Assembly (NCBI GenBank): GCA_977017575.1
Contig: CDRNVI010000030.1
Coordinates: 806,001-870,000 of the forward strand
Direction of reading: 5' to 3'
DNA: 64,000 bases
Source: Paramoeba atlantica
Taxonomy: Eukaryota; Protista; Discosea
Below are positions 42,571 through 53,497 of this stretch, piece by piece; position 1 is the first letter of the stretch; the number at the start of each line of letters is the position of its first letter. The notes under the pieces were generated by a model, which had not been told where the DNA came from, did no database searches, and saw nothing but the letters and a program-made list of their open reading frames with translations. The position numbers and the translations under genes are program-made.

Positions 42571-43993
42571 CTGTCCCCCCCCACTTATGCGCAACCGTTT
42601 GACACGGCTACTTAAGCGCAATATTTGAGGCATTTTAATATTGAGGCATTTTTTTTAGTTAGGAACGGAACTGATCGAAGTCCTTCCAACAGTGAATTAC
42701 TTGAAAATTCCCATGATTTACCTGTCCGAGTAAATTCTAATGCTTCCACGAAACATCCGAGCAGTGTAGCTGCGAACTTTGATACTACCGGTCGTATCCA
42801 CGAAAATCCTGTTATACCCACGAAAATACCCACGAAAATACAAGCAAAGATGCCGATAAAGGTTCCAATAAAGACTTCAGTCAAGAGTCCCATCAAGGCC
42901 CCTTTAATAGTTTCGCCACCTGTGATTGCTAACAAGGACGCGAAAGATGGTACCATACTTATCACTGCTCGTGGAAACGATTTATCTTCCTTCCCAGAAG
43001 CTCATGACGTAGATCGTGATGCAGACACGTCAACTCCTCCTCCGGAACAGGAAACACGACGGTGGAAGAGCTATCGACGGGCGGGCGCGCTAATCCCATC
43101 TTCTTGTTTGGATGGTATGTGTCAGAAGGTTATTTCCCTTTTTAAAAGGCTCCATCCAGAACACGGGGTTCTTTTTCTTGGGCCTTTCGTTGTACAGATG
43201 TTACTGGCTCGTGGTACCCTGCCCTGCGCTATTGACCACGGTACAAGAATTCATGCGTGCCTATTGTATACCAACCATTTCGTACTTGTGATTGTCCGTG
43301 GACATATCATAACTGTGTACGATAGTATGCTGTCGTATTCCCCTCACGCGGCTCGGGACAACATCCTTTCTTTTAAGACACGTATAGCTGAACTCTTGTG
43401 TTTATCTCCACGAACGTATATCATAACACGACTACACTACTAACTTTTATAAATTTATGGGCGCCGTGATACTATATTGAGAACGATGTGCTGTTGTGAT
43501 ATTACGTTCCGCTGTGTACTACTACAGCCTTCTACTGCATCATACGTAAATATACATGGATATACATGTATAAATTTATTACTGCGCCTACAAAAGTTGT
43601 TAAAAAATAAGTTACAAGCAGTCTCCTTTTTAGAGTAACTTCACTTTTAGTCATTTTCTGTTTCTTTTAATGAATCGTAGCTACAATAAGCAAATGCACA
43701 GAATCGTCAAACATGTTGCATCCCATCCCATCCCATCCCCCCCCCCCCCCGCACTTACCGAAGACACGGTGAGGAACAGCTTGAAGACGGCACCGATTAG
43801 AAGATGACTCACGAAACATAAGTAGACAACATAAATACTAAGAAGCACAGATGATATCCGTGCCGCGAAGCGGCGCGACTTTTTTTATGTTTTTTTTGTC
43901 CGAAATATCTTTTCCCCTTGAGATATTTCTGACCCGGCTACTTAAGCGCAATTTTCGGCCAAAACCCGGTTGCGCTTAAGTGGGGGGGGACAG
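42571..43993 (+). mobile_element. Non-autonomous TA-flanked TIR element carrying a Ulp1/C48-like protease fragment
   Basis: 27-bp TIRs with 1 mismatch (CTGTCCCCCCCCACTTAWGCGCAACCG), TA at both sides; ORF 42625-43443 contains NHFVLVIV...VYDS. Confidence 0.8.
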
Positions 43994-44849
43994 TAATATG
44001 TAGCATTAGTGCCTTTGTACTCCTTCCACCCCAAAAGACAACAAATCAGGGGCTGGAAACAATGTCGTTATATCCACGCGGGTATACATAAAACGTCTTT
44101 TATGTCCCAAGGGCATAAAATATGCCTTTTCGCTTATCCAAAAATTCGGTAGAGTAGAACTGCCATGACTTTTTCTTTGCGTTCGAACTTCAGGTTACCT
44201 GTTATTGCAGGGGAATTGAAAGCGAAGGAGGGCGAAAGGGAAGATGGGTGGAAGGGAAGTCTGTGTGAAGGGGGTGAAGAGGGTGAAAGGGAGTGAAGGA
44301 TCTCGCATTACACGAATAGGTACTTTTCGATTGAGTGAGTTGACAGTAAGAAAAAAATGTGCGTAAAGAAAGATAGTAAAAATGCTACTAAACAGTGCAA
44401 CTGATTCGCAAAATGCAGTCAAAACCAAAAAAATACGTTATATCAGCCCAAATGCAAAATTGAATACAAAAAATTCGAACACCGAGAAAAGAATCGCGCA
44501 TCAACTGCCAATGTGACATCGATTGGTGTTGATATTTTCAATCAATTTTCAATAAATACAACACTGTAGACACCTGGAGAGATCAGAAAGTTCGAACTCT
44601 TAATCAGTTAGATATCAGCCCAAATAACTTAGACACGAAAAACATAAACTTTAAAAATATAAAACAATTGCACCAATTTTGACAATTAGCGTTTTTTAAG
44701 GCAGGAATAACCCAGTGAAATCAAGCATGCATAAAACGAACGGAATAAAAAGGGCAAGAAAATGCATCAAAAAAGCATCTCAAAGAATGAGGCAAGATCA
44801 AAAATCTTGTACAAATTGTAAACTTGAAATATAAGGCTAAAATATATAT

Positions 44850-47696
44850 TTATTGACAATTATCTACGAACTTTCGTACATAAGTGCGTAGTCGAACTAG
44901 TATTTCTGGGTTAGGCGATACTAAATCTAGCGCTCTAAAGTATGTTAAAAACTGAGATACATCTGTATTATTTCTGAAAAGTCTTGCTTCTGAAAAGGGT
45001 TCTGTGAATCCTCTTGTTAAAGGATCAAGTGAATTTCTTCTTTTGTCAAACATCGAAATCAATGAGAGTCCGAGCTCTAAGCATCGACGAGCCTTTTGAG
45101 CGCAATCTATGATGTGTGAAGGTACTCCGCAATGGAAGGCCACAGGTAGGGCATGAGAATCTTGCGCCACGCAACCCTGTTTCTTGCGATAAGTGTAGCG
45201 AAGAGCAGATGTGGCTCCTTTTTCTAAACATAGTGTCGCAGGGCTTTGTTGCAAGTGTAAGTGTTCCGAAACCTCAACGCGCATGGTGCTGATTTCGACC
45301 ACGCGAGAATGAGGCTCCGATCGCAAGAAAGGACACATGCGCAGAGCTTCAGTGTAATGAGTAGAAAGACAAAAGTACGGATGGACGGTTTGCTTTGCTT
45401 TCAAAAAGTGAGAAATCACAGCAGAAAGCAGCGCTACACCATCTTGCGCCAAAGTACCACGCCCGAATTCATCAATCAGAAAAAGTGGTGGAGCATAAAG
45501 GGTATCATGCGATACCCTACATAAACGTTTTTCATTATTTTCATCCCGGCTGCACAGTGAAGCAAATCGCAACATACGGCTAACTTTTTGCAGATCCGAT
45601 GCAAAGGAACGGTGTAACGAGCTACCCATGCAAGACAAAATAGCAGATACGGGACCCACATGGGCGGACTCTGCGGGAACAAAGGATCCAATGTGAACCA
45701 TAAACACAAGCACACCGATTAGCTTTAAAAAAACACTTTTTCCCGAGTTATTGGCTCCTGTTAGAAATAGGAACCTCCTAGCTTCGTTGTCAGCACTCCC
45801 AAACAGGAGATCATTGGCTATAATAGGATGAGAAGGTGTCGATGTTAGTAACGGGTGTCGGGCTTCTTGAAAACGAAGAATGGACTGTTTAGACAGAATC
45901 GGCCGAGTCCAGCCTCTTTGACTCGCCGTGAGAGACAGTGCAAGAATGGCGTCTAGTATCCATACAACTTCCAACGTTTTTGGTGATAAAAATTGCTGAA
46001 TAGCTTTATCTTTTGTAAAGGAATCTTCTAGTCCATGAAGAACCACAACTTCAGCGTTCTTCAACGCTCCATGAATATCACCCAAAGAGTTGTCCAAGTC
46101 CTTCGTAGCTGCATTCTTAAACAATGCGTGTTCTTCCGTAGAAGAAATGTGTGACCAGTCATATTTTTGCGTGAGCTCATGTATTACAGTCTGGGGAGAG
46201 TCTTCTAGGTCTCTGAGACTAATTGATATTAAATAACCGTACCGAGGAAAGAATAGGACAGATATAGTCAACTGTGAAGCAAGCTCTGTAGAAACATGAC
46301 GAAGCTGTGTTCTCGCAACTTCCGTTAAATACTGAGGAAGCCGCTGTCGAACGTCGCAAAGCCGATCAAGCTCTGCATCACATCCTTCCCGAATGATATA
46401 TTCTGACTTTTTCATGCTTTCCTCGAGATTTAGAACGTTTACTATTTGGCATGCTGCATTCTGAAACTGCGTAAAATATTCTTTTACATTTGATGGGAAA
46501 TTATCTTGACAGTATTGTCGTAAAAGACTTGGAAGATGAACAAAAGGTTCTCCCGCAACGACGGGCAAACATTCATTGGTTTTCTCTGGCTCAAGAAAAA
46601 ATCGTAACAAAGATATGTAGTTGTACAATATCTTGTACATTTTGTACCAATCAACTACAGTACCTGCGCAATTCCGAATTTTAGCTGCAATTTTGTTTGG
46701 AGAATTAATGAATGAAAGGGCCTCTCGTAGTACTTCAATTTTTCTTGATCCCATAAAGAATTCTATGGCGTCATATCGAGATTCTAAAACGTAACTATCA
46801 TTAGTAAGATGTAAAAACCATGACCTCAGCAATGCGGACCCTTGACGCGTTTTTGTTTGTGCCATAATGCCGAAAAGAGAAAGTCCCTCTTTCGGTCGTC
46901 CGATGAGTTGATGTGAAGCTGGATGAGGGTCTGACTTGAAGATTTGAAGCTCAAGATAACACTCGTGGTCCACAAATACATGATCGCTCATGAAGTGTGG
47001 TATGACGTTAAATCGAAATCCCGTTCCTGCTGGGGTAGTATTTTTAAAACGTCGCACATGTGAAATCATGACACTCAACGCACATAAAACAGTGGGTGAT
47101 TGTACATTAACATGTGAATGAATGAGATCAAATATTCTTTCGTCAACCGCATCAGAGTCGACAATGTATCCGTCATAGAACGTCAGTGCAGTAGGCGAGC
47201 CCCTCTCATTTTTTATAATACGAAGTGAAATCAATCTCTCACGAGCAGTATTCAAAGCAAATTCAATAGTATGCAAGTACTTCACCTTCGGTGGCAGGAG
47301 ACGGAGAACACCTTCATCGCTTTCGGTACTATCAAAAAAAGCAGACGGCTTTCGAGAAGTATGCATTTGATGCGAATTATCCATACTGCTTTCATGTTTG
47401 CGGTACAAGGAAGTTGTAGAACAAGTGAGAACGTGAGGAAGAACAGTTTTTTCAGGCACCAAGTAAAGAGTAGGACGAATTGCCGCTCGAAATTGTTCCA
47501 AAAATAGAAAAGGTGGTCGGCAAGCATTTCGAACGATTCCCAAAGAAAACACATGAGATTGAGTTAAGCTCTTTTCTGAAGGAACATCTGAAATTTCGTG
47601 AGTACTTAAACCTGAAGCATCCTTGTATATCGCGTATCCAACATCGTCACCTCCAGGGCCCCAGCATAAAGCAACGATACAGTCCGTAAGCGACAT
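44850..47696 (-). CDS. MSH5: MutS homolog 5-like protein
   Basis: No mismatch-binding domain I; QTKTRQGSALLRSWF; EARHPL; TGANNSGKS; GSFVPA; IDEFGRGT..DG; STHY. Confidence 0.85.
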   Translation of the reverse strand: MSLTDCIVALCWGPGGDDVGYAIYKDASGLSTHEISDVPSEKSLTQSHVFSLGIVRNACRPPFLFLEQFRAAIRPTLYLVPEKTVLPHVLTCSTTSLYRKHESSMDNSHQMHTSRKPSAFFDSTESDEGVLRLLPPKVKYLHTIEFALNTARERLISLRIIKNERGSPTALTFYDGYIVDSDAVDERIFDLIHSHVNVQSPTVLCALSVMISHVRRFKNTTPAGTGFRFNVIPHFMSDHVFVDHECYLELQIFKSDPHPASHQLIGRPKEGLSLFGIMAQTKTRQGSALLRSWFLHLTNDSYVLESRYDAIEFFMGSRKIEVLREALSFINSPNKIAAKIRNCAGTVVDWYKMYKILYNYISLLRFFLEPEKTNECLPVVAGEPFVHLPSLLRQYCQDNFPSNVKEYFTQFQNAACQIVNVLNLEESMKKSEYIIREGCDAELDRLCDVRQRLPQYLTEVARTQLRHVSTELASQLTISVLFFPRYGYLISISLRDLEDSPQTVIHELTQKYDWSHISSTEEHALFKNAATKDLDNSLGDIHGALKNAEVVVLHGLEDSFTKDKAIQQFLSPKTLEVVWILDAILALSLTASQRGWTRPILSKQSILRFQEARHPLLTSTPSHPIIANDLLFGSADNEARRFLFLTGANNSGKSVFLKLIGVLVFMVHIGSFVPAESAHVGPVSAILSCMGSSLHRSFASDLQKVSRMLRFASLCSRDENNEKRLCRVSHDTLYAPPLFLIDEFGRGTLAQDGVALLSAVISHFLKAKQTVHPYFCLSTHYTEALRMCPFLRSEPHSRVVEISTMRVEVSEHLHLQQSPATLCLEKGATSALRYTYRKKQGCVAQDSHALPVAFHCGVPSHIIDCAQKARRCLELGLSLISMFDKRRNSLDPLTRGFTEPFSEARLFRNNTDVSQFLTYFRALDLVSPNPEILVRLRTYVRKFVDNCQ

Positions 47697-47779
47697 AGCA
47701 GTAATAATAAAGTATTACATAAAACGTTTACGGTAAAAGTACACCGAATAAAGATATTTCTAGTTTACAGGCAAGGAAG

Positions 47780-48230
47780 TAACCTTATCGAGCTTATTCA
47801 CAAGTGAAGCGATTCGTATCGGGGTGAATCACTTCCTTTCAGACCTCAGCGCGCACCTTTTGGCTTACAGGCCCTTGAAAAAGGGGGAATACGGCGAAGC
47901 ATTACGATTGCTGTGTGTGGAGTCTGTCCGCTTTAGTGTGGGACTTCTCAGCGCGGATTCACGGGGATTATGTCCCGACGGACCTGCATCGTGTGGCTAC
48001 GCGCAGACGAGGGTGGTTACCAGACGAAAAGCCGAAGGACCCGCCCACTGTTGAACGTCGGAGATTTCACGGACCGTCAGTGCTGAAGCGGACCAACAAT
48101 GGGCAAGGGTCCGACAGTGGAAATGGCCCTATGGGAGTGGTACTGAACGCCTCTCCTCAAACAGCAAAATGAAAGCCGAGCCGAACTGCGACTCCCGCAT
48201 GACGTAACTCTTTCGAAAGTGACAATGGCA
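47780..48230 (+). other. GC-rich non-coding structured island (E4), possible distant relative of E2
   Basis: GGATTATGTCCCGA matches E2 at 13/14, with weak colinear flanking blocks. Confidence 0.3.
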
Positions 48231-49063
48231 TATAAATACATAATTTATTTCTTTTTTAGGCTCTTCGTTAAACGCGGTGGTTGTTTTCAACTTAGAAGTC
48301 ACTCATGTTGCGCGATTCACGTTGAAAACTACCAACGCGTTTAACGAAGAGCCTAAAAAAGAAAAATCGCCAAAAGATCATGAATAATCTATTTTTTTGG
48401 GTAAAAAAGCTCGATTTTACGGCGAAAATTGTGAAATTTCAACCCGAATTTGGGCCGTTTTTGATGCCTTACCAGTAGGGTCAGGAGGCGAATATGTCGA
48501 AAAAAACGTCGTAGAATGGTAGCTGAGGTCCCAAACTCTCAAAATACGTTTTAGGAGTCGATTTTGGAAAAATAATATTTTTACTTTTTTTTGGGTCAAT
48601 TTTTTTGGTCATCCCTAAAATTTCAGAAATTTTGACCTTGTCGGACCCCTCCCTGCGCGTACCAGGGGGGGGGGGTCACCCCCAGGGGGGGGTGGAAAAT
48701 TATCGGCGCGACCTACTCCACCACTTCCCTGCGCTCGATTTTGAAAAGCAAAAAATTCGAAAATAATTTCGCGACGTACAGTCAGTAAAAAAACCTTTCG
48801 AATGTTTCGAATTCTTTTTCTTTTGTATACAGCCATTGATTAATTATCACTTTTGCGCTGGTAATGTGCGCTAGTAGTGTAGGCATGAGTGTCACCTAAT
48901 AGTACCCATAGATAGTTCACCTCAGTTCGTTCTGCCCAAGAATTAAGAATAAATTTAACAAAAATTAGCATTCGAAAGGTGATTTTGCTACCTAACATAA
49001 ATAAAATATTGCATCAAAAAATAGATAAAAAGTAATTGCCCAAGAGAGTATATGCCCATAAAT

Positions 49064-49489
49064 TTAATACTTTGTATTCCCCCCACGAGCCTTCAACACT
49101 GCTTTCATACGGGCAGGCATGTTGTCCACCTGGGTACGACATACTGAGGCCGGTATGTTCGCCCACTGCTTCTTAACCCTCTCCCACAACTCTCGGACCC
49201 CACTTGGCGGATCATCGTGGTCCGCAAGGCGCCGCTTGAGCTCCCCCCAAACATTCTCGATGGGGTTTAAGTCAGGTGACTGCGGGGGCCACCGCATGAC
49301 TTCAAACCCGGTACCCTGGAGGTGCCGTTGCGCACACCGGCTGGTATGCTTGGGGTCGTTATCCTGTTGGAAGATAACATTTCCAGGATCCAAGCCCATG
49401 CCATCAATTGATGGGACAAGATTTTCCTGTAAAATCTCGACGTACTGCTCTGCATTCAAGTTCCCTTGAACCAGACGCACATGCCCCAC
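49064..49489 (-). mobile_element. Tc1 transposase C-terminal fragment (DD34E)
   Basis: FQQDNDPKH...WPPQSPDLNPIENVW...GGNTKY; 34 residues counted. Confidence 0.9.
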
Positions 49490-49653
49490 ACCACTTTGGG
49501 ACCCGCTATTATAAAGGATTTCGAAAACCCGCTATCATAAAGCTCCGAAATTCGCGTTTGTAAGTACCGTGGTATGGACCTCATACAGAGTGCAAAAATT
49601 AATCAAGAAAGTAATAGTGTAAATTTAAATTAATCCAAAGTTTCTTCTTTTCT

Positions 49654-49865
49654 ATGAGGCCCACACCACGGTACTTACAAACGCAAATTTCGGAGCTTTA
49701 TGATAGCGGGTTTTCGATGAGTTACATTTCTGTTAATTTAAATCTAAGCATACCTACAGTTTCTAAAGTATTAAAGGCAGAAAGACCTGCTACTCGCAGG
49801 CTAAAGGGGGGTCGCCCTCGCAAGATTTCCGAGTCGTGCGCACGACGTGCGCGACGACTTGTGTT
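49654..49865 (+). mobile_element. Tc1 transposase N-terminal HTH fragment
   Basis: I.ELYDSG.SMSYIS..LNLS..TVSKVL...GGRPRKI. Confidence 0.8.
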
Positions 49866-50557
49866 TTGGACCACCGTGGCCCCCTTTTATATATTTTTCT
49901 TCTATTATATTACTGTGTTCATCTAATATTTTCACTGTTTTTGTTCACTTTTTCAATAATCGAGGGTAGAGCGGTAGTTATACAACCACGGCAATGTACA
50001 GTTATACGAAGAGATACTGTATTTGTATATTTATACTTGTATATTTCTTTCCTTTCTGGTGGGCATGCCGATACAGCAATATCTGGCGCGTACATCGACA
50101 CTGTGCAACACATGCGATTAATTTGTAGAATAGTTAAAAGACGAAATAGATAAGAACTATACTTGGAGAATGGCAGCAGACTCTGCAATGCGTTTAGACT
50201 TAAATTTTTTGAGGGGCTGAAGGAAGAGTTTACAGTCTCGTGTAAGTCTTCCCAGTGTTCTCACCTAGTTGCCCCGATTGACCGCTGACACCCTGAGAAG
50301 CCCGTAACATAGGCCTAACCTAACGTTCTTCGGCATGAAACCGAGAAACGAAAAAACAATCTTTTACCCTATTCTGGTACATTCTCACCCATCCCGACCC
50401 AAAAATCAAATAACAATTTCAAATAATAATTTATAAAGCTCTCCTCAATCAACGGAGAGGTTTCCTCCTCTATACTGAACTGAATATTGAACTGAGTACT
50501 ACGTAAGGTGGAAGAAAATTTACTTCTTTAGTGCTTATTTAGGCTTTAAGTAAAATC

Positions 50558-51214
50558 TCAATTTGTTGAATTTACAATTTTTGTCCTTGACCAAAAAATA
50601 TGCCGCAGTGTTGATGGTAAAGTAGAAGAGATAATATTGCCTTCCAGATCAACATTCGAGCTGATATTAAGATACGTCAAATTTGAAGGGAGAGACGAGA
50701 CATCTACATTGCCGCTAAATTGGTTTCCCCACACATCGAGTTGTTCGAGTCTTGAAGGAAGTTGTTCAAGATTCAATTTACCAGAAAATTTGTTTCCCGA
50801 AAGAAAGAGGCTTCGTAATCTGTGAGGAAGATTTGCCCAATCGACTTCGCCATAGAATTGATTTTGCCGAATTTCTAATGCCTGTAGAGTGCTAGGAAGA
50901 CGGTTCCATTGCAGAGTACCGGAAAGATCACGGAATGCCCAGTTGATGGATTCAATATACCTGTCGCCGTCACAACATACGCCCTCCCATTCGCAAGCAG
51001 GGATAATCGAATTCCATGAGGACAGAGGATTCCCAACGTTTTGAATGAACAGTTCCAATGAATATTCATCAGGAAGCGTTGCACCTCTTATTTTTCCGCA
51101 ATGCATAGTTGTGGAATCCTTGCTGCGTGCAAACAACAAATTAAATGAATAAGACGGAGACATCAGAGCACAGAATGAGAGATCACATAACATTAAAGTA
51201 AAATCTCGCGACAT
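50558..51214 (-). CDS. Small LRR family protein
   Basis: CEWEGVCC cap; LRRs. Confidence 0.85.
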   Translation of the reverse strand: MSRDFTLMLCDLSFCALMSPSYSFNLLFARSKDSTTMHCGKIRGATLPDEYSLELFIQNVGNPLSSWNSIIPACEWEGVCCDGDRYIESINWAFRDLSGTLQWNRLPSTLQALEIRQNQFYGEVDWANLPHRLRSLFLSGNKFSGKLNLEQLPSRLEQLDVWGNQFSGNVDVSSLPSNLTYLNISSNVDLEGNIISSTLPSTLRHIFWSRTKIVNSTN

Positions 51215-51365
51215 TCTTTTTAGCGATTTACTAGCACTCTCATCAATATCTACTACAAACTCAAGGGTAATCTATTACAAACTCAAAAGTGCTTGACGTT
51301 GGCCTTCCTCCATAATGTAGCCTGTACCCCCAATATTCCCTTCAAGTTATCTGTACTTCGGTTAA

Positions 51366-52136
51366 TTAGCGCAGAAAAAATCCACCATTTATAGATTTTT
51401 TCCCTTGTCCATTAGGGTATTTCAATTTTAACTTTTCATTACCCCCAATACCTAGCATATGTAGAGTGGCCGGTACAAGTTTTAAATTTAGCGTTCCTTC
51501 GAACTCGTTTCCGCGTAGATCTATTTGAGAGAGTGTTGGAGGAAGGTTTTGTAGAACAATGGGACCACTAAAAAAATTATACGCTGCCCAAAGTGTTGAA
51601 ATTTGTTTGGGTAAATGACAAAATGAAAGATCGCCGGTAAACTCATTAGAGTTAATCTCCAAAGAAAGGAGTCCTGGAGGCAAATGGGCACCAAGCTCGA
51701 CATTCCCAGTGAAAAAATTCTTGCTAATCGTTAATTTTTCCAATGTGACAGGAAGACTGCAAAAATCGAATTCTCCATGAAGTCGGTTCATATCAGCATG
51801 AAATTGCCGCAATCGACCTGGAAGATCAGAGGTGTTTAAAGTACAATTTATTTGGTTTTGTCGAAGGTCAATGAGCAAGACACTGTCAGGAATAAATTCC
51901 CAGTTTAAGGATCCGGAAAAAAATCTCGATTGCCAACATAACTGAACAGGCTCCTCGTCCTTCCAGATTACGCCTCGCCACGAGGAAGGAGGTAAACTGA
52001 ATTCATTTCGAAATGTGACCATGTCTTTGACTAGCTTTGCAAGTTGAAACTCAACGGGCATAGACGCCCCACGCGTCTTGTAGCCTACCCGAGGTGCAAT
52101 AGGATCGGCACAGTGCACCAGGAGAGCCATTATCAA
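51366..52136 (-). CDS. Small LRR family protein (likely ATG 52130)
   Basis: RGASMPVEFQL, W.GV, LRRs. Confidence 0.85.
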   Translation of the reverse strand: MIMALLVHCADPIAPRVGYKTRGASMPVEFQLAKLVKDMVTFRNEFSLPPSSWRGVIWKDEEPVQLCWQSRFFSGSLNWEFIPDSVLLIDLRQNQINCTLNTSDLPGRLRQFHADMNRLHGEFDFCSLPVTLEKLTISKNFFTGNVELGAHLPPGLLSLEINSNEFTGDLSFCHLPKQISTLWAAYNFFSGPIVLQNLPPTLSQIDLRGNEFEGTLNLKLVPATLHMLGIGGNEKLKLKYPNGQGKKSINGGFFLR

Positions 52137-52379
52137 AGCTGTAATAAATTAGTACAAAATTAATAAGTTGAAGCAAAAAAGTGAGTCTCAATATATTGTG
52201 ACCAGAAATTCATGATTTCATCGTGATTAAGTGCCAAATACACCGCGTACTTTTTTTGATGCACGTGATTTGTACTCTATGTTCGTTCATAATACTATCT
52301 CTATGCTACTTGAGATTTGAGGAGCTTATCTCAAATGACCAGTGCCATGAGATAGCACCCCGTTGCTACCTGTATCTCT

Positions 52380-53333
52380 TCACAAAAAGTATTCACAGGG
52401 CGGTTGTTTAGCACATATCCCACGGTGCTCGGCGGGACACGCCTCGAAATATTTCACAGAGGTATACGGCTCGATGCATCCCCCCGGAGAGGTTCCCTCT
52501 ACATCATCCGAGTGTATGGTTAACATCGACGCCACGTTACCGCAGCGGTAGACATAATTCGGGGCACTCCACACCGTGACCAGGGTGCCCCCGAACCAGC
52601 TCTTGTAGCCTTCCATCACAAGCTGGTGCGCTCGAGCGACCAGGGAGAGCGTGTTGCGGGCTAGAAACTCCCGCACGACATCGGCGCCGAAAACGTACCC
52701 CGCCCCACGGGGTGAAAATCCCCACCCCGAGATCCCCTCCTCCGGGTCGGACCACAACAAGTCCGCCATCGCGCCCTCCGCCGGGATCTCCTGCCTGCGG
52801 TCAATACACCGAATCTGGTCCAGCGTCGACAGCGCGGGGCTCAGCCCCCCGTGTACACAAAACACCCGCTGCTCCACCACCGCACACAACGGGAGGTAGT
52901 CGAACAGCTCCGTACAGGTGCGCCACACATTCACGCTGCCGTACTTCCGCAGACACTCATCATAGAACCCGTAGACCTGGGTGACTTGTCGACTCTCGTG
53001 GTTCCCCCGGAGGAGCGTCACCCGGTCCGGCCACCGTACCTTTAGCGCGAGGAGAAACAGAAACGTCTCGACGCTGTTAAACCCGCGGTCGACGAAATCC
53101 CCCATAAAGACGTAGTTCGTCTCGGGGACCTGCCCGCCGTGACGGAAGAGCTCCAGGAGGTCGTAGAACTGCCCGTGGAGGTCGCCGCAGAGCGTGACGG
53201 GGGCGTAGACCACCTCGACGTTGTTCTCCTCCATGAAGAGGTCACGAGCGCGGAAGCAGAGCTCGTAGACGGATTTCTCCGGAATCACCTCGGCGCGTCG
53301 CAGGGCCTCGATGATTTCCTGGATGTCAAACAT
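52380..53333 (-). CDS. PPP4C: Ser/Thr protein phosphatase 4 catalytic subunit
   Basis: [38 protein letters not shown]-terminal YFL. Confidence 0.9.
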   Translation of the reverse strand: MFDIQEIIEALRRAEVIPEKSVYELCFRARDLFMEENNVEVVYAPVTLCGDLHGQFYDLLELFRHGGQVPETNYVFMGDFVDRGFNSVETFLFLLALKVRWPDRVTLLRGNHESRQVTQVYGFYDECLRKYGSVNVWRTCTELFDYLPLCAVVEQRVFCVHGGLSPALSTLDQIRCIDRRQEIPAEGAMADLLWSDPEEGISGWGFSPRGAGYVFGADVVREFLARNTLSLVARAHQLVMEGYKSWFGGTLVTVWSAPNYVYRCGNVASMLTIHSDDVEGTSPGGCIEPYTSVKYFEACPAEHRGICAKQPPCEYFL

Positions 53334-53497
53334 GGAGAAAAAGGAGGGGGCGGGGGGAAGAAAGTTATGGGCCCTAGAAAATGGTTGTTGAGGCGTAGTG
53401 AAAAAATGAGTGTAGAGATGAACGAATGTAGGTGAGAAAATAATTGTCCGGTTTTAAAAAAGGAAGAAAAAAGGCGGATAAAGTATTGGACAACGAG

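Larger units (their letters stand above)
48250..49995 (-). mobile_element. Asymmetric hairpin-ended element with nested rearranged Tc1
   Basis: B palindrome at 48250-48362; A end in reverse complement at 49865-49995. Confidence 0.65.

Noticed and set aside
44200-44320. Orphan polypyrimidine tract (minus strand) suggesting a missing gene
   Set aside because: No ORF remnant downstream; it could simply be an MSH5 3' processing signal.
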